Shown: positions 40,486 through 50,458 of the stretch, piece by piece | Numbering within the stretch: position 1 is the stretch's first letter | Layout: each line of letters begins with the position of its first letter | NCBI GenBank assembly: GCA_019056785.1 | Contig: DXJV01000091.1 | Location: 1 to 52,695, forward strand | Direction of reading: 5' to 3' | Length of the DNA stretch: 52,695 nucleotides | Origin: Candidatus Heimdallarchaeota archaeon | Lineage (GTDB): Archaea; Asgardarchaeota; Heimdallarchaeia; JABLTI01 | The notes under the pieces: generated by a model | The model's input: only the letters and a program-made list of their open reading frames with translations | Database searches by the model: none | Told to the model about the DNA's origin: nothing | Made by a program: the position numbers and the translations under genes

Positions 40486-42363
40486 TTACTTGTTTTCACC
40501 GGAACTTGATTGAGCTTTCACTAGAAAATCAGCCATTTCTTGTACTTCTTCCTCAGTCATCTCGAGTTTTTCTTCTGCTTTTTCTTTTGCCTTTTTAATT
40601 TCCACTTGCCGTATAAGATATCTCTGTTCTTCTTCACGCAAACGTTGTAAGAACCTCGACTTTGGTTTTGGCTCCTCGTGTGGCACTTCTTCTTCTTCTT
40701 TCACGACAATTGATATTTCTTGTATAGGCTCCACTTTTGTTTCTTGGACATTACTTGCCGGTTCTTCTGGAATTAATTGTTGTTTTTGCACAATCGGAGG
40801 AGGATGTGAGGATTCTTTAACTAGTTTCTCTTTCTCTTCCTCTTCTTCTGGCAATTTTCCTTCTTCAATTAATTCTTCAGTACGCAATTTGTTTAAAAAT
40901 GAGAACATACTTTTTTCTTCGAGAGGTTTTTCTTTAATTTCAATTTCCATTTTTTTAGTTGGTTCTTCATTAGATGCGGTAGTTATCGGTGGTGAAATTT
41001 GAAGTGGTGGTGTATCCAGAGATTCTGTCGAAGGCAAAGAGGGGGAAGTTTTTATTTCAAGTGGTTCAGTAGTAATTTCAGCCATATCCTTTCCTGGCAC
41101 TTTTTCAGGCTCTACAATTGGAGGTTGGATTGTTGATTTGGTGATTTCAGCTGATGATGTAATTGATGATTTTGCTTTATCCGCTGATATTTTTACAAGT
41201 TCTTTTCTAGTTTTTGTTGCTATTGGAGGTTCAACCTTTGGTTTTGTGCTTACTTTTGTCGGAGCCTTATCTTTCTGAGAGGGATCAAGAGATTTTGCAA
41301 ACTTTCTAATTAACTCGTAAAATATTTGAGTTTTCTCTAACGTGATAGGATAAAAACTCGTAATTAAAAGGAATTTACTTACAAGATCAACAATCATACC
41401 ATGTACTTTTCCACTTGAGGAAGTAACAATACTAATTGTTGAATCATCATCTGTGGGTTTGTTTTTTAAAGCGTCCTTAAATTCCTGGAGAGCAATAATA
41501 TAATCCATGGTTTGTTCAACATCCGCCACTTCATAGGAAGAAATACCAGTAATGGGTGAATAGGTCGCTTTATCGATGAGGACGATTTCAATTATTTTGT
41601 ATTCTGAAAGATCTATTTCAATAGTTCTTTCACCAAAGGAGGGGAGAACTCTTTGCGGTTTAGGGGTTAAAAACGCCATTAATTGTTTAATGCGTGGGTC
41701 ATCACGATGCTCGACAACATATTTCTGAAATTCATCTGATTGCTTAACTTTTTGGCCAATATTGGTTATAAGCTCAAAGCGTTTAGTGTTGAGGTTTGCC
41801 TCCTTCATTAATTGATTAATCAATTCCTTAAGAGAATCTTTATAATAAATGCTTGTCGCTTCAAAACGGATTTTGAATTTCGGGTCACTAAATTCGTTCT
41901 TAACTCGCTCCAATAAGGGGACAAGTTCTTCAGGTGAAATAAGGTCAACTTTATGACAAAGAACAGCAATATAGCCATCAGGGTTTTCTTTTTTAAACTG
42001 ACGAATAGTAAAACTAAAACGACGCTCAGATTCTTCAAATAAATCTTCCCGGGTCATATCAACAACCCATAAAAGAAGTTTAACATTTGAAAAAATGAGA
42101 TGACGAAAGTGAGTCACAGCTTCATTCCAATAACTTTCTTGTCCATCGGCATCAGTTATCAAATTCTTTTTCTCTTTGTCGATAAGTTGCCGTTCATAAT
42201 GGATCGTTGCTATATAATTTTCAACCAATTCGGGATCCTTCCCAAAAAACACAACGTCTTTAATAGCTGTCTTGCCTGCTTGTTGTAATCCCATCAAAAG
42301 GATCTTGTCTTCAATTGGTGCGCCTTCTTTTTTTCCTTTTAACTCATCAAACAGATAAGACAA
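40486..42363 (-). CDS. Rag/Gtr-like GTPase with roadblock/longin-like domain and long P/E/K-rich tail
   Basis: KILLMGLQQAGKTAIKDVVF, ATI, DADGQ, HKVD and TSIY match Rag-type motifs (KVLLMG..GKT, HKxD, TSI). Confidence 0.85.
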   Translation of the reverse strand: MSYLFDELKGKKEGAPIEDKILLMGLQQAGKTAIKDVVFFGKDPELVENYIATIHYERQLIDKEKKNLITDADGQESYWNEAVTHFRHLIFSNVKLLLWVVDMTREDLFEESERRFSFTIRQFKKENPDGYIAVLCHKVDLISPEELVPLLERVKNEFSDPKFKIRFEATSIYYKDSLKELINQLMKEANLNTKRFELITNIGQKVKQSDEFQKYVVEHRDDPRIKQLMAFLTPKPQRVLPSFGERTIEIDLSEYKIIEIVLIDKATYSPITGISSYEVADVEQTMDYIIALQEFKDALKNKPTDDDSTISIVTSSSGKVHGMIVDLVSKFLLITSFYPITLEKTQIFYELIRKFAKSLDPSQKDKAPTKVSTKPKVEPPIATKTRKELVKISADKAKSSITSSAEITKSTIQPPIVEPEKVPGKDMAEITTEPLEIKTSPSLPSTESLDTPPLQISPPITTASNEEPTKKMEIEIKEKPLEEKSMFSFLNKLRTEELIEEGKLPEEEEEKEKLVKESSHPPPIVQKQQLIPEEPASNVQETKVEPIQEISIVVKEEEEVPHEEPKPKSRFLQRLREEEQRYLIRQVEIKKAKEKAEEKLEMTEEEVQEMADFLVKAQSSSGENK

Positions 42364-42447
42364 CTTTTCACACCTTGAATTATTTTTATTTCTTTATTTT
42401 TTATCGCCTTTATAACTATCTTGTTCTTTCGGCAAATGGTGGGCTAT

Positions 42448-43290
42448 TTATATTTTTGTAACTCTTTTTTTATCCTTTTTTGCATTTTTTAAAGCAGCAT
42501 CCATGATAATTACTGAGCGACGGCGAATGGTATCTAGAAGTACCTTAATTTCAGCCAATGGTTTCTTCTTTTTTGAGGCGGTTATTAGCTCATCAATCTC
42601 CGGATATTGGAATTCTTGATTTGCTATTAAAAAAAACACCAAAAGCTGCGTCAGCAAGAACAATAAGTGAAAGGTTCTCAAAACCTCCACGCATTAATTT
42701 ATTCTCGAGTTGAATCCCGTGGATAAAGGCAACCATGTCTTCATTTGGAAGATTTATAGAACCAATGCGTCATCGTTCATCGTGTTCTTCAAATCCAAGT
42801 GAGGAATAAGCATAGTTACAAATCTTTAAGAGAAAATTCTCAACACCAATGCGCATACGGGGTTTATAATAGGGGTCTTCTAAAGAATGATTGCCCACTA
42901 AAGGTATGGGTCCTTTTATCTGGTCAAAAAATAGACAGAAACACACTGAGTGACATTTTCAAAGTATTCTCTTCGATCTCTTCTTCTGAAACCTTCTCCA
43001 TTAATTCTTCAAATAATCGAGCTCTTACTAAATGATAAATAACAAACCCCATAACAATAGAAAATAAGACTGCTGCAGCTATAATTATATGAATCATTTG
43101 TAAAGAGAGCCCGCCAGAAACAGCCAGGATTTCTGAACCAAAAACTTCTTGCAAGGGATCATATTTGTTGCCACCTGCAAAAGTTGCTTTCATAATTATT
43201 ACTTCCATACCTTAACAATTCTATAGTTGATTATTGCCTTACCACTTGTATCTGTTTGAGTTGTGCGATCGACCTCTTGGATTGTGTCTT
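42448..43290 (-). pseudogene. Remnant of an Ig-like/TM/uDENN-longin receptor
   Basis: Frame-corrected read: TDTSGKA...ATFAGGNKYDP (Ig-like), TM IHIIIAAAVLFSIVMGFVIY, then VFLSIFDQIKGPIP...ENKLMRGGFENLSLIVL. Shifts near 43205, 42926-42931 and 42629-42636, and a TGA at 42770-42772. Confidence 0.65.
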
Positions 43291-43857
43291 TTTTGCTCAA
43301 GATAAACCCCCTAACAAAGTCTTTGGCTCCAAGGATGTGCTCTTCTGTCACAACTGCATGTTCTTTCAAGTCGAGATGTGTTCCCAGAATGATAATGGAA
43401 GTAAAATCCATAATAAAATCACGTTTAATAGCTTTGCTGAGCCAATATTCTAATTCTTGGAAAGTATTCAGTTCGGTAATTTTATTTGTTAAAACAAGTG
43501 CTATAACTACATTCGTTGGGCAGTGGACAAGAAGAGATCAGCAGCATCTTCAAAAGCAAGCCCCGAACCTTTTTCAGCACGGCCTTTCTGCCCGGGGAGA
43601 ATGAAAAATTGTGAGCTAGTAGTCAAATTATATTCTTCAATATACGATTGAAAGATAAAAAAATCTAACTCTAAATTGATAGATTTTCGCAAATTATCGC
43701 CCTTTTGATAATACCATTTCCCTTTAGCACTAGTAAGATTCATCGCAGTGTGGGTTTTCCCTGTGCCACCATCGCCAATAAAGACAACCCCACCAGTACA
43801 AGTAATTTTATTGTCAGTTAAGCGAATGAGATTTGCTAAAGTGGTATCAAGAGTCAT
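43291..43857 (-). pseudogene. Atypical (MglA-like) small GTPase, frameshifted and 3'-truncated
   Basis: G1 GDGGTGKT, G3 ILPGQ (lacks Asp, like MglA TVPGQ), frameshift near 43520, then TFQELEYWL...IIILGTHLD (G4). No G5. Confidence 0.7.
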
Positions 43858-44028
43858 CTACAATGCAGCTCAATTTAAGACTTGTAAAAGTTACTGTCTT
43901 TTCTTTCTAGAGCACAATTTATTATCTTTTCTTTTGCGGAAAAAGCAAAATCAAAAGTTCTCCTAAAATTTAAATTAATTAATGGTTAATTATACATAGT
44001 TCAAAGCATAAGAGCTTGTTTAAAATAA

Positions 44029-45912
44029 TTGGAAGGGAGAAAGATGAATAAAAAAATCACTATGTTTTTTTGTTTGTTATTAATAAGTAGCTTTGTTATC
44101 TATACCCCAAAAACAAAATCTATTGAACCTTTTTTCACTCTTTTTGTCTTAGCACTTAATACTAACTCCGACTATCATTTGGATTACTTTAATCTTTTAA
44201 GACAACAACTGATAAGAATTGGTATTGACCTTGAAATTATCTTAATTGGTTGTTGGGGCGAATACATTCTGCAATTGGTTATATATCATAATTTTGACAT
44301 CTGTTTTTTCCCAATGCTACCTAGTACTACCGGTCTTGACTATTCTTGTTTATACAGCGAAAATGGAGGCTTAAATATTTTTGGTTATGACACTGGAATG
44401 GATTGGGAAGAGTCTTTGGGTACAGGGAGGAATGAATGGTATCTTCAACAAGGAAAAGAATTATTTCCGCCGAATAGTCAGGAACGAATAGAACATTATT
44501 GGGCGTGGCAACAGCATTTAATGACAAACCTATGCTTTATTTATCCACTCTTTTCAGAGAAAGAATACGTTGCCTATTATTCCAATTTAGAAGGCTACAA
44601 GCTTAGCAATAGTCTTTATCAAATTTGGGGGAAAATGTTTTGGGTAGGAACACATCGTGGACAAAAGGATGTTACAGAATTAGTGCAATATGGAGGGGCG
44701 GTTACTCCCAGTCTTGACTATTTCTTTATGACTGATGCAGGGAAAAATAACGTCTTTTCAGCGCTTTTAGATCCCATCATATGGATTGACGATGATCAAA
44801 CAATTTGGCCTCATCTCGCTGAAAGTGTGACATTTATCAATAAGACTACCATAGAAATTAAAACTCGGGAAGGAATTAAATGGGCAACCGACCCAGACGG
44901 GAATTTTACTGATGAATACTTTGATGCTCGAGATATTTATTTCACACTCTACTGTTGGAAATATCTCTCTTTAGATGCCCGACGTTGGCGCTGGCTCTCA
45001 AAGATGGAGTTGTTGGATAGTAAAACTATTAGGTTGTATATAGATGCCAACCCATTAACCATCACTAAAGAACCCGAACCGGAGATTTTTTACAAATTAA
45101 ATACCTATATACTCCCAGAACACTATTTGAACCAATCACAGCTTGAGGATGGGAAAACACCTGATATGAACCATCTTGCGTGGGATCATTACAAAACGCA
45201 TCCATTTGGTACAGGACTTTTCTCACTTACAAACTTCAAAAAGAATGCTGAAATAGAACTAACCGTGCGCCCATCTTGTTGGTGGCTTAACCAAAGTATA
45301 ACAGTAGACCCTAACTTGGCATGGGAGAAACGCTTTGGAACCTTCGTAAACCCTATAAGGAAACTACGATTACTTTATTATCCTAATCAATACCTTGCTT
45401 TAGAAAAATTCGAAAAAGGACAACTAGATCTAATAAATATTAATAGCTTTCCAGAGAAAGTAAGAGAATATGACGATGAATCAATTATTGCAGTACAAGC
45501 AAAGCCTAAGAAGCAATTTAGCTATTTTGGCCTTAACGTTCGAGAAGAGCGACCAGAGTTAGGCAATAGATTAAAGAGCGCCTATGATCCGACAATATCC
45601 AGAGGACTGGCTTACCGGAAAGCAATTTTTTATGCCATTGATAAAACAGAAATGAATAACGTCATTCATCAGAACATGTTAGAATCTGTCTACTGGCCGA
45701 TCCCAAAGACAATGGGAATTTGGTGTAATCCCAACATAATTCGTTATGAAAAAGCACAAATAACCAAAGCAGGAGAATATATGCATCTTGCCGGAATCGG
45801 TTGTGATTGTCCCGTTCCTACTCCCATTATAGGTCAAGGAATTGTTTTGTATGCGATATCTGTTTTTTGTGTTTTGGAGGTAATTGTTTTAATTTCCAAG
45901 AAAAGAAGATGA
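44029..45912 (+). CDS. ABC solute-binding protein family 5 (OppA/DppA-like), circularly permuted, C-terminally anchored
   Basis: PHLAES, REGIKW, DARDIYFT, PFGTG and RKAIFYAIDK motifs, with the QQLIRIGIDLEI segment at the N-terminus. Signal peptide and C-terminal TM plus KKRR. Confidence 0.85.
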   Translation: MEGRKMNKKITMFFCLLLISSFVIYTPKTKSIEPFFTLFVLALNTNSDYHLDYFNLLRQQLIRIGIDLEIILIGCWGEYILQLVIYHNFDICFFPMLPSTTGLDYSCLYSENGGLNIFGYDTGMDWEESLGTGRNEWYLQQGKELFPPNSQERIEHYWAWQQHLMTNLCFIYPLFSEKEYVAYYSNLEGYKLSNSLYQIWGKMFWVGTHRGQKDVTELVQYGGAVTPSLDYFFMTDAGKNNVFSALLDPIIWIDDDQTIWPHLAESVTFINKTTIEIKTREGIKWATDPDGNFTDEYFDARDIYFTLYCWKYLSLDARRWRWLSKMELLDSKTIRLYIDANPLTITKEPEPEIFYKLNTYILPEHYLNQSQLEDGKTPDMNHLAWDHYKTHPFGTGLFSLTNFKKNAEIELTVRPSCWWLNQSITVDPNLAWEKRFGTFVNPIRKLRLLYYPNQYLALEKFEKGQLDLININSFPEKVREYDDESIIAVQAKPKKQFSYFGLNVREERPELGNRLKSAYDPTISRGLAYRKAIFYAIDKTEMNNVIHQNMLESVYWPIPKTMGIWCNPNIIRYEKAQITKAGEYMHLAGIGCDCPVPTPIIGQGIVLYAISVFCVLEVIVLISKKRR

Positions 45913-46073
45913 ACAATCCAAAAAGAGGATCACTTCTTTTCTTTTTTCTCTACTACTTTTTGTTTTAAATAGTCAAATTCAAAACACCTTGCCTTTGGTA
46001 GCCTTCGACTTGCCGGATATGCTAATGTGAGTGGTATGTAGCTTTCAATTAACATTTTCGTTTCTATTAGATG

Positions 46074-46739
46074 CTATTCTTCAATCAGCAGTCCATTTCT
46101 TAATCTATGACTAACATCAACAATTTCTTTTATGGATTCATCATGACTAACAATTATAATTGTTAACCCTTTTCTTTTAAGATCCAAAATTAACTCCCAT
46201 ACTTTAGCGCGGTTGTCATAATCTAAAGAACCGGTGGGTTCATCAAGCAATAATAATTCTATGTCCTTTGTTAAGATACTTGCTAAAGCAATTCTTTGTT
46301 TTTCTCCCCCACTTAAGTGCTCACAGATCTCATTCAGTAAATTTTCAATCTTAAATTCTTGAAAGATTTCTTTCGCACGCTTCTCTGCAGTCGAGAGACC
46401 AATATCTGCTAAGGAAGTTTGGAGCTCAATAAATTCTTTGGCTGTTAACTCGGCAGGAAGATAAGGTGATTGGAAGAGATAACCAATCTTTGCCCTAGTT
46501 TTAGTAAGTTTCTCGATAGAAGGATTATTGGAAATCATTTCATTAAAAATTTGCCTTTCTCCTTCTGTTTGGTGAAGAATTGTTCCAATAATTTGAAGTA
46601 AAGTGGTCTTTCCAGAGCCGGAGGGGCCGGTAATAAGGTGCATTTCTCCTTTTTTTACTAATAGGTCTACCTTTCTTAAAATCGGTAATTCTCTATTTCG
46701 TTTATTGAATACTGAAAATGTAATTCCTTTTAAGTTCAC
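46074..46739 (-). CDS. ABC ATP-binding protein (LolD/MacB-like)
   Basis: GPSGSGKT, LSGGE, LLLDEPTGSLD, VSHD. Confidence 0.93.
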   Translation of the reverse strand: MNLKGITFSVFNKRNRELPILRKVDLLVKKGEMHLITGPSGSGKTTLLQIIGTILHQTEGERQIFNEMISNNPSIEKLTKTRAKIGYLFQSPYLPAELTAKEFIELQTSLADIGLSTAEKRAKEIFQEFKIENLLNEICEHLSGGEKQRIALASILTKDIELLLLDEPTGSLDYDNRAKVWELILDLKRKGLTIIIVSHDESIKEIVDVSHRLRNGLLIEE

Positions 46740-47437
46740 TATTGACGTCGTATAACCCTCCTTTCATCTATTTCAAATAAAGGATTTTTCCCAATAATCG
46801 AATGATTGTGTGTTGCAACAATTATTAAGATCTCATAAAGTTCATGTGCTTTTTGTATGGTCTCAAGAACAATTTGCTTGTTTTCTGTGTCTAATTGCGC
46901 TGTGGGCTCATCACAAAGTAAAATTGAGGGAGTAAAAACTATACTACAAGCAAACCCGACTCGCCGTAGTTCGCCTCCAGATAAATGACGGAGTTTCTTA
47001 TCACGTAAATTATTAATGTTTAAATTTGAAATTAATTCATTTATTTTCTTTTTCCGGACTTCTCGTTGAAGCTTACAGTAAAGTATCAGTGTTTGTTCTA
47101 AGTTTTGAAATACAGAGAGGTTCATTGAAAGATATTTCGCAGGAAATTGATCCAGAAACCCGAGTGAACGCAAGTAGCGAAGCTTTTCTTTTCCTCTTAA
47201 ATTGTGAATCGTCATTTCATCCAAATATAGCTCGCCGGCATTAATTCCTTCTAAACTTGAGATAATTCTTAGTAACGTTGTTTTTCCTGAACCTGAAACT
47301 CCTACGAGAAAATTAACTTTTTTTGCATCAATTTGAAATGATGCAGCAGCAAAGAGGGGGATTTGGACATCCTTTTTGTAAGGATGTGGGAATATTTTTG
47401 TTAATTCAATTGCTCGTAAAGTTCTTACTGTCGTCAT
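46739..47437 (-). CDS. ABC ATP-binding protein (LolD/MacB-like)
   Basis: GVSGSGKT, LSGGE, LLCDEPTAQLD, ATH. Confidence 0.93.
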   Translation of the reverse strand: MTTVRTLRAIELTKIFPHPYKKDVQIPLFAAASFQIDAKKVNFLVGVSGSGKTTLLRIISSLEGINAGELYLDEMTIHNLRGKEKLRYLRSLGFLDQFPAKYLSMNLSVFQNLEQTLILYCKLQREVRKKKINELISNLNINNLRDKKLRHLSGGELRRVGFACSIVFTPSILLCDEPTAQLDTENKQIVLETIQKAHELYEILIIVATHNHSIIGKNPLFEIDERRVIRRQ

Positions 47438-47449
47438 TTCTCTTCACCT

Positions 47450-50176
47450 TTACTCCGGAAATCGATAAATCTGTCCAAGATTGATTTTTCTGAATCTTAG
47501 ATATTCAGCGGCATTTTGAATTATCAGCAATAAGGGATAAAAAAGAAGTAAAAATAACTGATTAAAGAAAGTGTATTTTGAAACGGCAATTGTCTTTATA
47601 GCATATATTAAACCCGTACCTAACAAAAAACTGAACGTTAGAATATACAATAATCCAAAAACGACTAAAAAGGCGGCATAAAAAACAATTGTCTCAGCTA
47701 CCTTAAAGCGAGTTAAAATCTGCCGGTAATTTTTGGTTAATGCGATCATTCCAAGTCTTTTTCCATGATCACTTTCCTCTGTTCTGACAAAATTATTTAA
47801 AAGAAAAATACTACCCCAAAGAAGCAGGAAAAGTTGGGCAATAATGACAATCGGTTCCAAGAAAATTTTGCGCAAACCAACAAAAACACTTTGATCAAGA
47901 TAGCTCATTTCAATTATATTATAAGAAGTCAGCAATGCATTCAATTCTTCGGCTGTAGACTTGATATCTTTTTCAGCAGTATGGACGCGATATCTGACAT
48001 AATAATCAATTTTCTTGGAAGTTAAATATGTTTGAAGAACATCATAGCTTTGAATGACGATAAACTGTTCTTTGCTTTCAGTGCCGAATTGCCCGGTAAT
48101 TGTTGGCCAAACGGTAAAAATTCCCTGTATTAGCAATGGATTTGAATTATTTACAAAATTGATCGTGCTACCAATGTCAATACCATCATCTAGAAATTTT
48201 TTGCTAAGAAAAACTGAATTCTTCATTGGCGAATTTATTTCTCCTTTTGAAAGCCAACTCTCCTTTTTCCAAGAAGAGTAAAATTCGAAATAGTCAGAGT
48301 AATTAATCCCAATCAACCACTCAATTCTCTCATTTAAAAAGGTTGAATTCACTTCCGTAAGCGTATTATTAATTAAGGCAAACTCGATATAATCATCTTG
48401 TATGATATATTGATGGAAGAAGATCATTTTAGTATAATCAACGATCTCAGGAATTAAAGCAAGTTTTTCATCCACTTGAGAGGTATTCGTCGAAGGCGCC
48501 CAAAAAACAATTTCACCCCCATACCACCAGAGATATTCTGTACGCTTGGCATCTGCAGTAAAGTTAGCAAAAAGAAAGGAAGAACTAATTAAAGTTAAAA
48601 TGAAGGTAAATAAAAAGAACTTTCTGGTCAAGCCCGTTTTCCAAAGCTTGAGCAAAACATAGAAAGGTGAGAGTGGTTTATCCGCTCTTTTTCTTTTTTT
48701 GTAGAAAACCTTTCCACTCAAAATTATTAGCCCTTTAAACAGTAAAAATACCAAATAGGAAACAATCAAAGCAGCTAAAGTAAAGAGAACAAAAGCCAAA
48801 AGAGAGATAGTGTTTCTATTCTGTAACCAGATAATTAGTAAAACTAAAGCCGGAAATGCGAGCTTAATATAAAGAGGGATCGTTGAGAAAGGCCGGTAAG
48901 TATCAGCTTTTGCTTGGGAATTAATGCATCTTTTAAGGTAAAATTCAAAATCTAGATAACTAAGAAACAAACCAATAAAAAGTATACCTGCAATAATTAA
49001 TGCTTTAGGGACCACGGATAAATTGAAGATTAAATAAACACCAAAAAGACTCTCAAGATTAATAAATAAATAGAGAAATAGTAATGCAAAACCACTACCG
49101 ACAATAATAATAAACAGTGTTTCAATAAAATGGGTTAGAAGACGTTGAAACCAATTTTGGCCGGCAAAAAGAGTCTTTAATTCTTGATTTTTTCTGGTTG
49201 TTTGAATTTTCGCTACAGTTAAACAACCAATGACTAAAGAGAGACTCCAAATTAATATTTGTAACCCTCTAAGAAAAGAAAATACAATATTAACAAATAA
49301 AGCAGTATCACCATAATAGTTAAAATAAAAAGTGATTCGGATAGAAGGCTCTTGCTGTTGAAGATAGCCCGTTAATGCTTTTTCAAAGTGGTCAATTTTA
49401 TGCGGAGAATCAATTGACCAATAAATTACATTCTTTTGCTCATCTTCGAAATTAACATATCCATGAAGGAAATAATATGGAAATATTGGATCATCTGTAA
49501 TATAAGAACCGAATTTTGAAACAAAGTCTGTCACTTCAATAAAAAAACACCTGAATGAATTTCTTTTAAAGACCCCTAAATAATTATAAAGTTTTGAAAA
49601 AGTAGATTCGAAAATATTCCTAGGAAGTTGTTGATTTACATTTAAGGTAATGTTATTTTCACGGAAAACAGCTGAATAATTTCCAAGAGGATCACTGTCG
49701 AAATCTGTTACGATGATTGCACCCTCTTGAGAATAATTACCAGAAGAATAAGCCTGAAGCTGTGTAAAAACATCTGTTGCAACTGCAAAAACAAAACCAC
49801 CCATAGCAGTGTTATTAGTAATGCTGGTATTTTGAATGGTAATAAATTCCTTTGCAACTATAAAATAGCTCTCCGGTTGATATAAATCGAAAGCGTCCAT
49901 TGATGCCTTTTCTAGGGAGACAGGAAAATCATTAATAAATAGAGGAGATTCTGCGAAAATATCTATGTTAAAATCTGTTACTAACGAATCATTAGTATTA
50001 GTGATAAAAGTTGCCCCATCATTTAATTTGTTTAAATATTTTCCCAAAATTTGGGGATCGGCTAATTGGGGGAGAAAAAGAACAACAAACGAACAAGTCA
50101 ATATCAAACTAACAATAACAATACTTTTGAAAAGCAGATCCCATCTACTTCTAAAACGATAAAATATTCCCTTCAT
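47450..50176 (-). CDS. FtsX/MacB-type (type VII) ABC permease
   Basis: Duplicated TM-large ectodomain-3TM topology, co-oriented upstream of two LolD-like ATPases. Confidence 0.75.
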   Translation of the reverse strand: MKGIFYRFRSRWDLLFKSIVIVSLILTCSFVVLFLPQLADPQILGKYLNKLNDGATFITNTNDSLVTDFNIDIFAESPLFINDFPVSLEKASMDAFDLYQPESYFIVAKEFITIQNTSITNNTAMGGFVFAVATDVFTQLQAYSSGNYSQEGAIIVTDFDSDPLGNYSAVFRENNITLNVNQQLPRNIFESTFSKLYNYLGVFKRNSFRCFFIEVTDFVSKFGSYITDDPIFPYYFLHGYVNFEDEQKNVIYWSIDSPHKIDHFEKALTGYLQQQEPSIRITFYFNYYGDTALFVNIVFSFLRGLQILIWSLSLVIGCLTVAKIQTTRKNQELKTLFAGQNWFQRLLTHFIETLFIIIVGSGFALLFLYLFINLESLFGVYLIFNLSVVPKALIIAGILFIGLFLSYLDFEFYLKRCINSQAKADTYRPFSTIPLYIKLAFPALVLLIIWLQNRNTISLLAFVLFTLAALIVSYLVFLLFKGLIILSGKVFYKKRKRADKPLSPFYVLLKLWKTGLTRKFFLFTFILTLISSSFLFANFTADAKRTEYLWWYGGEIVFWAPSTNTSQVDEKLALIPEIVDYTKMIFFHQYIIQDDYIEFALINNTLTEVNSTFLNERIEWLIGINYSDYFEFYSSWKKESWLSKGEINSPMKNSVFLSKKFLDDGIDIGSTINFVNNSNPLLIQGIFTVWPTITGQFGTESKEQFIVIQSYDVLQTYLTSKKIDYYVRYRVHTAEKDIKSTAEELNALLTSYNIIEMSYLDQSVFVGLRKIFLEPIVIIAQLFLLLWGSIFLLNNFVRTEESDHGKRLGMIALTKNYRQILTRFKVAETIVFYAAFLVVFGLLYILTFSFLLGTGLIYAIKTIAVSKYTFFNQLFLLLFYPLLLIIQNAAEYLRFRKINLGQIYRFPE

Positions 50177-50458
50177 TAAATTCCCTCTAAAATCTTTCCG
50201 ATGTAATATTTCTAAATGTTTTCATTTATTTTATTTTGGAAATTGAAAAAAAGGAAAAAGATAGATTTACCCTCTTCTCTTTCAGACAAGAACGGTTTTC
50301 ATGCTGACCTAAAGTTTTTCATTAAATTTCGAAAAATTCAATTCAAAACTATAAAAATGTGCATCATAACTTATATTAGTCAACTATGTACTTACACTCT
50401 TGGAGCTCCCATTCTTATTTCTATGATAATTGGGGGGTATTAAGAGAGGTAATTAAAC

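Noticed and set aside
45930-46055. 41-aa minus-strand ORF after the ABC ATPase
   Set aside because: No recognisable motif or RBS, and it overlaps the probable terminator tract.
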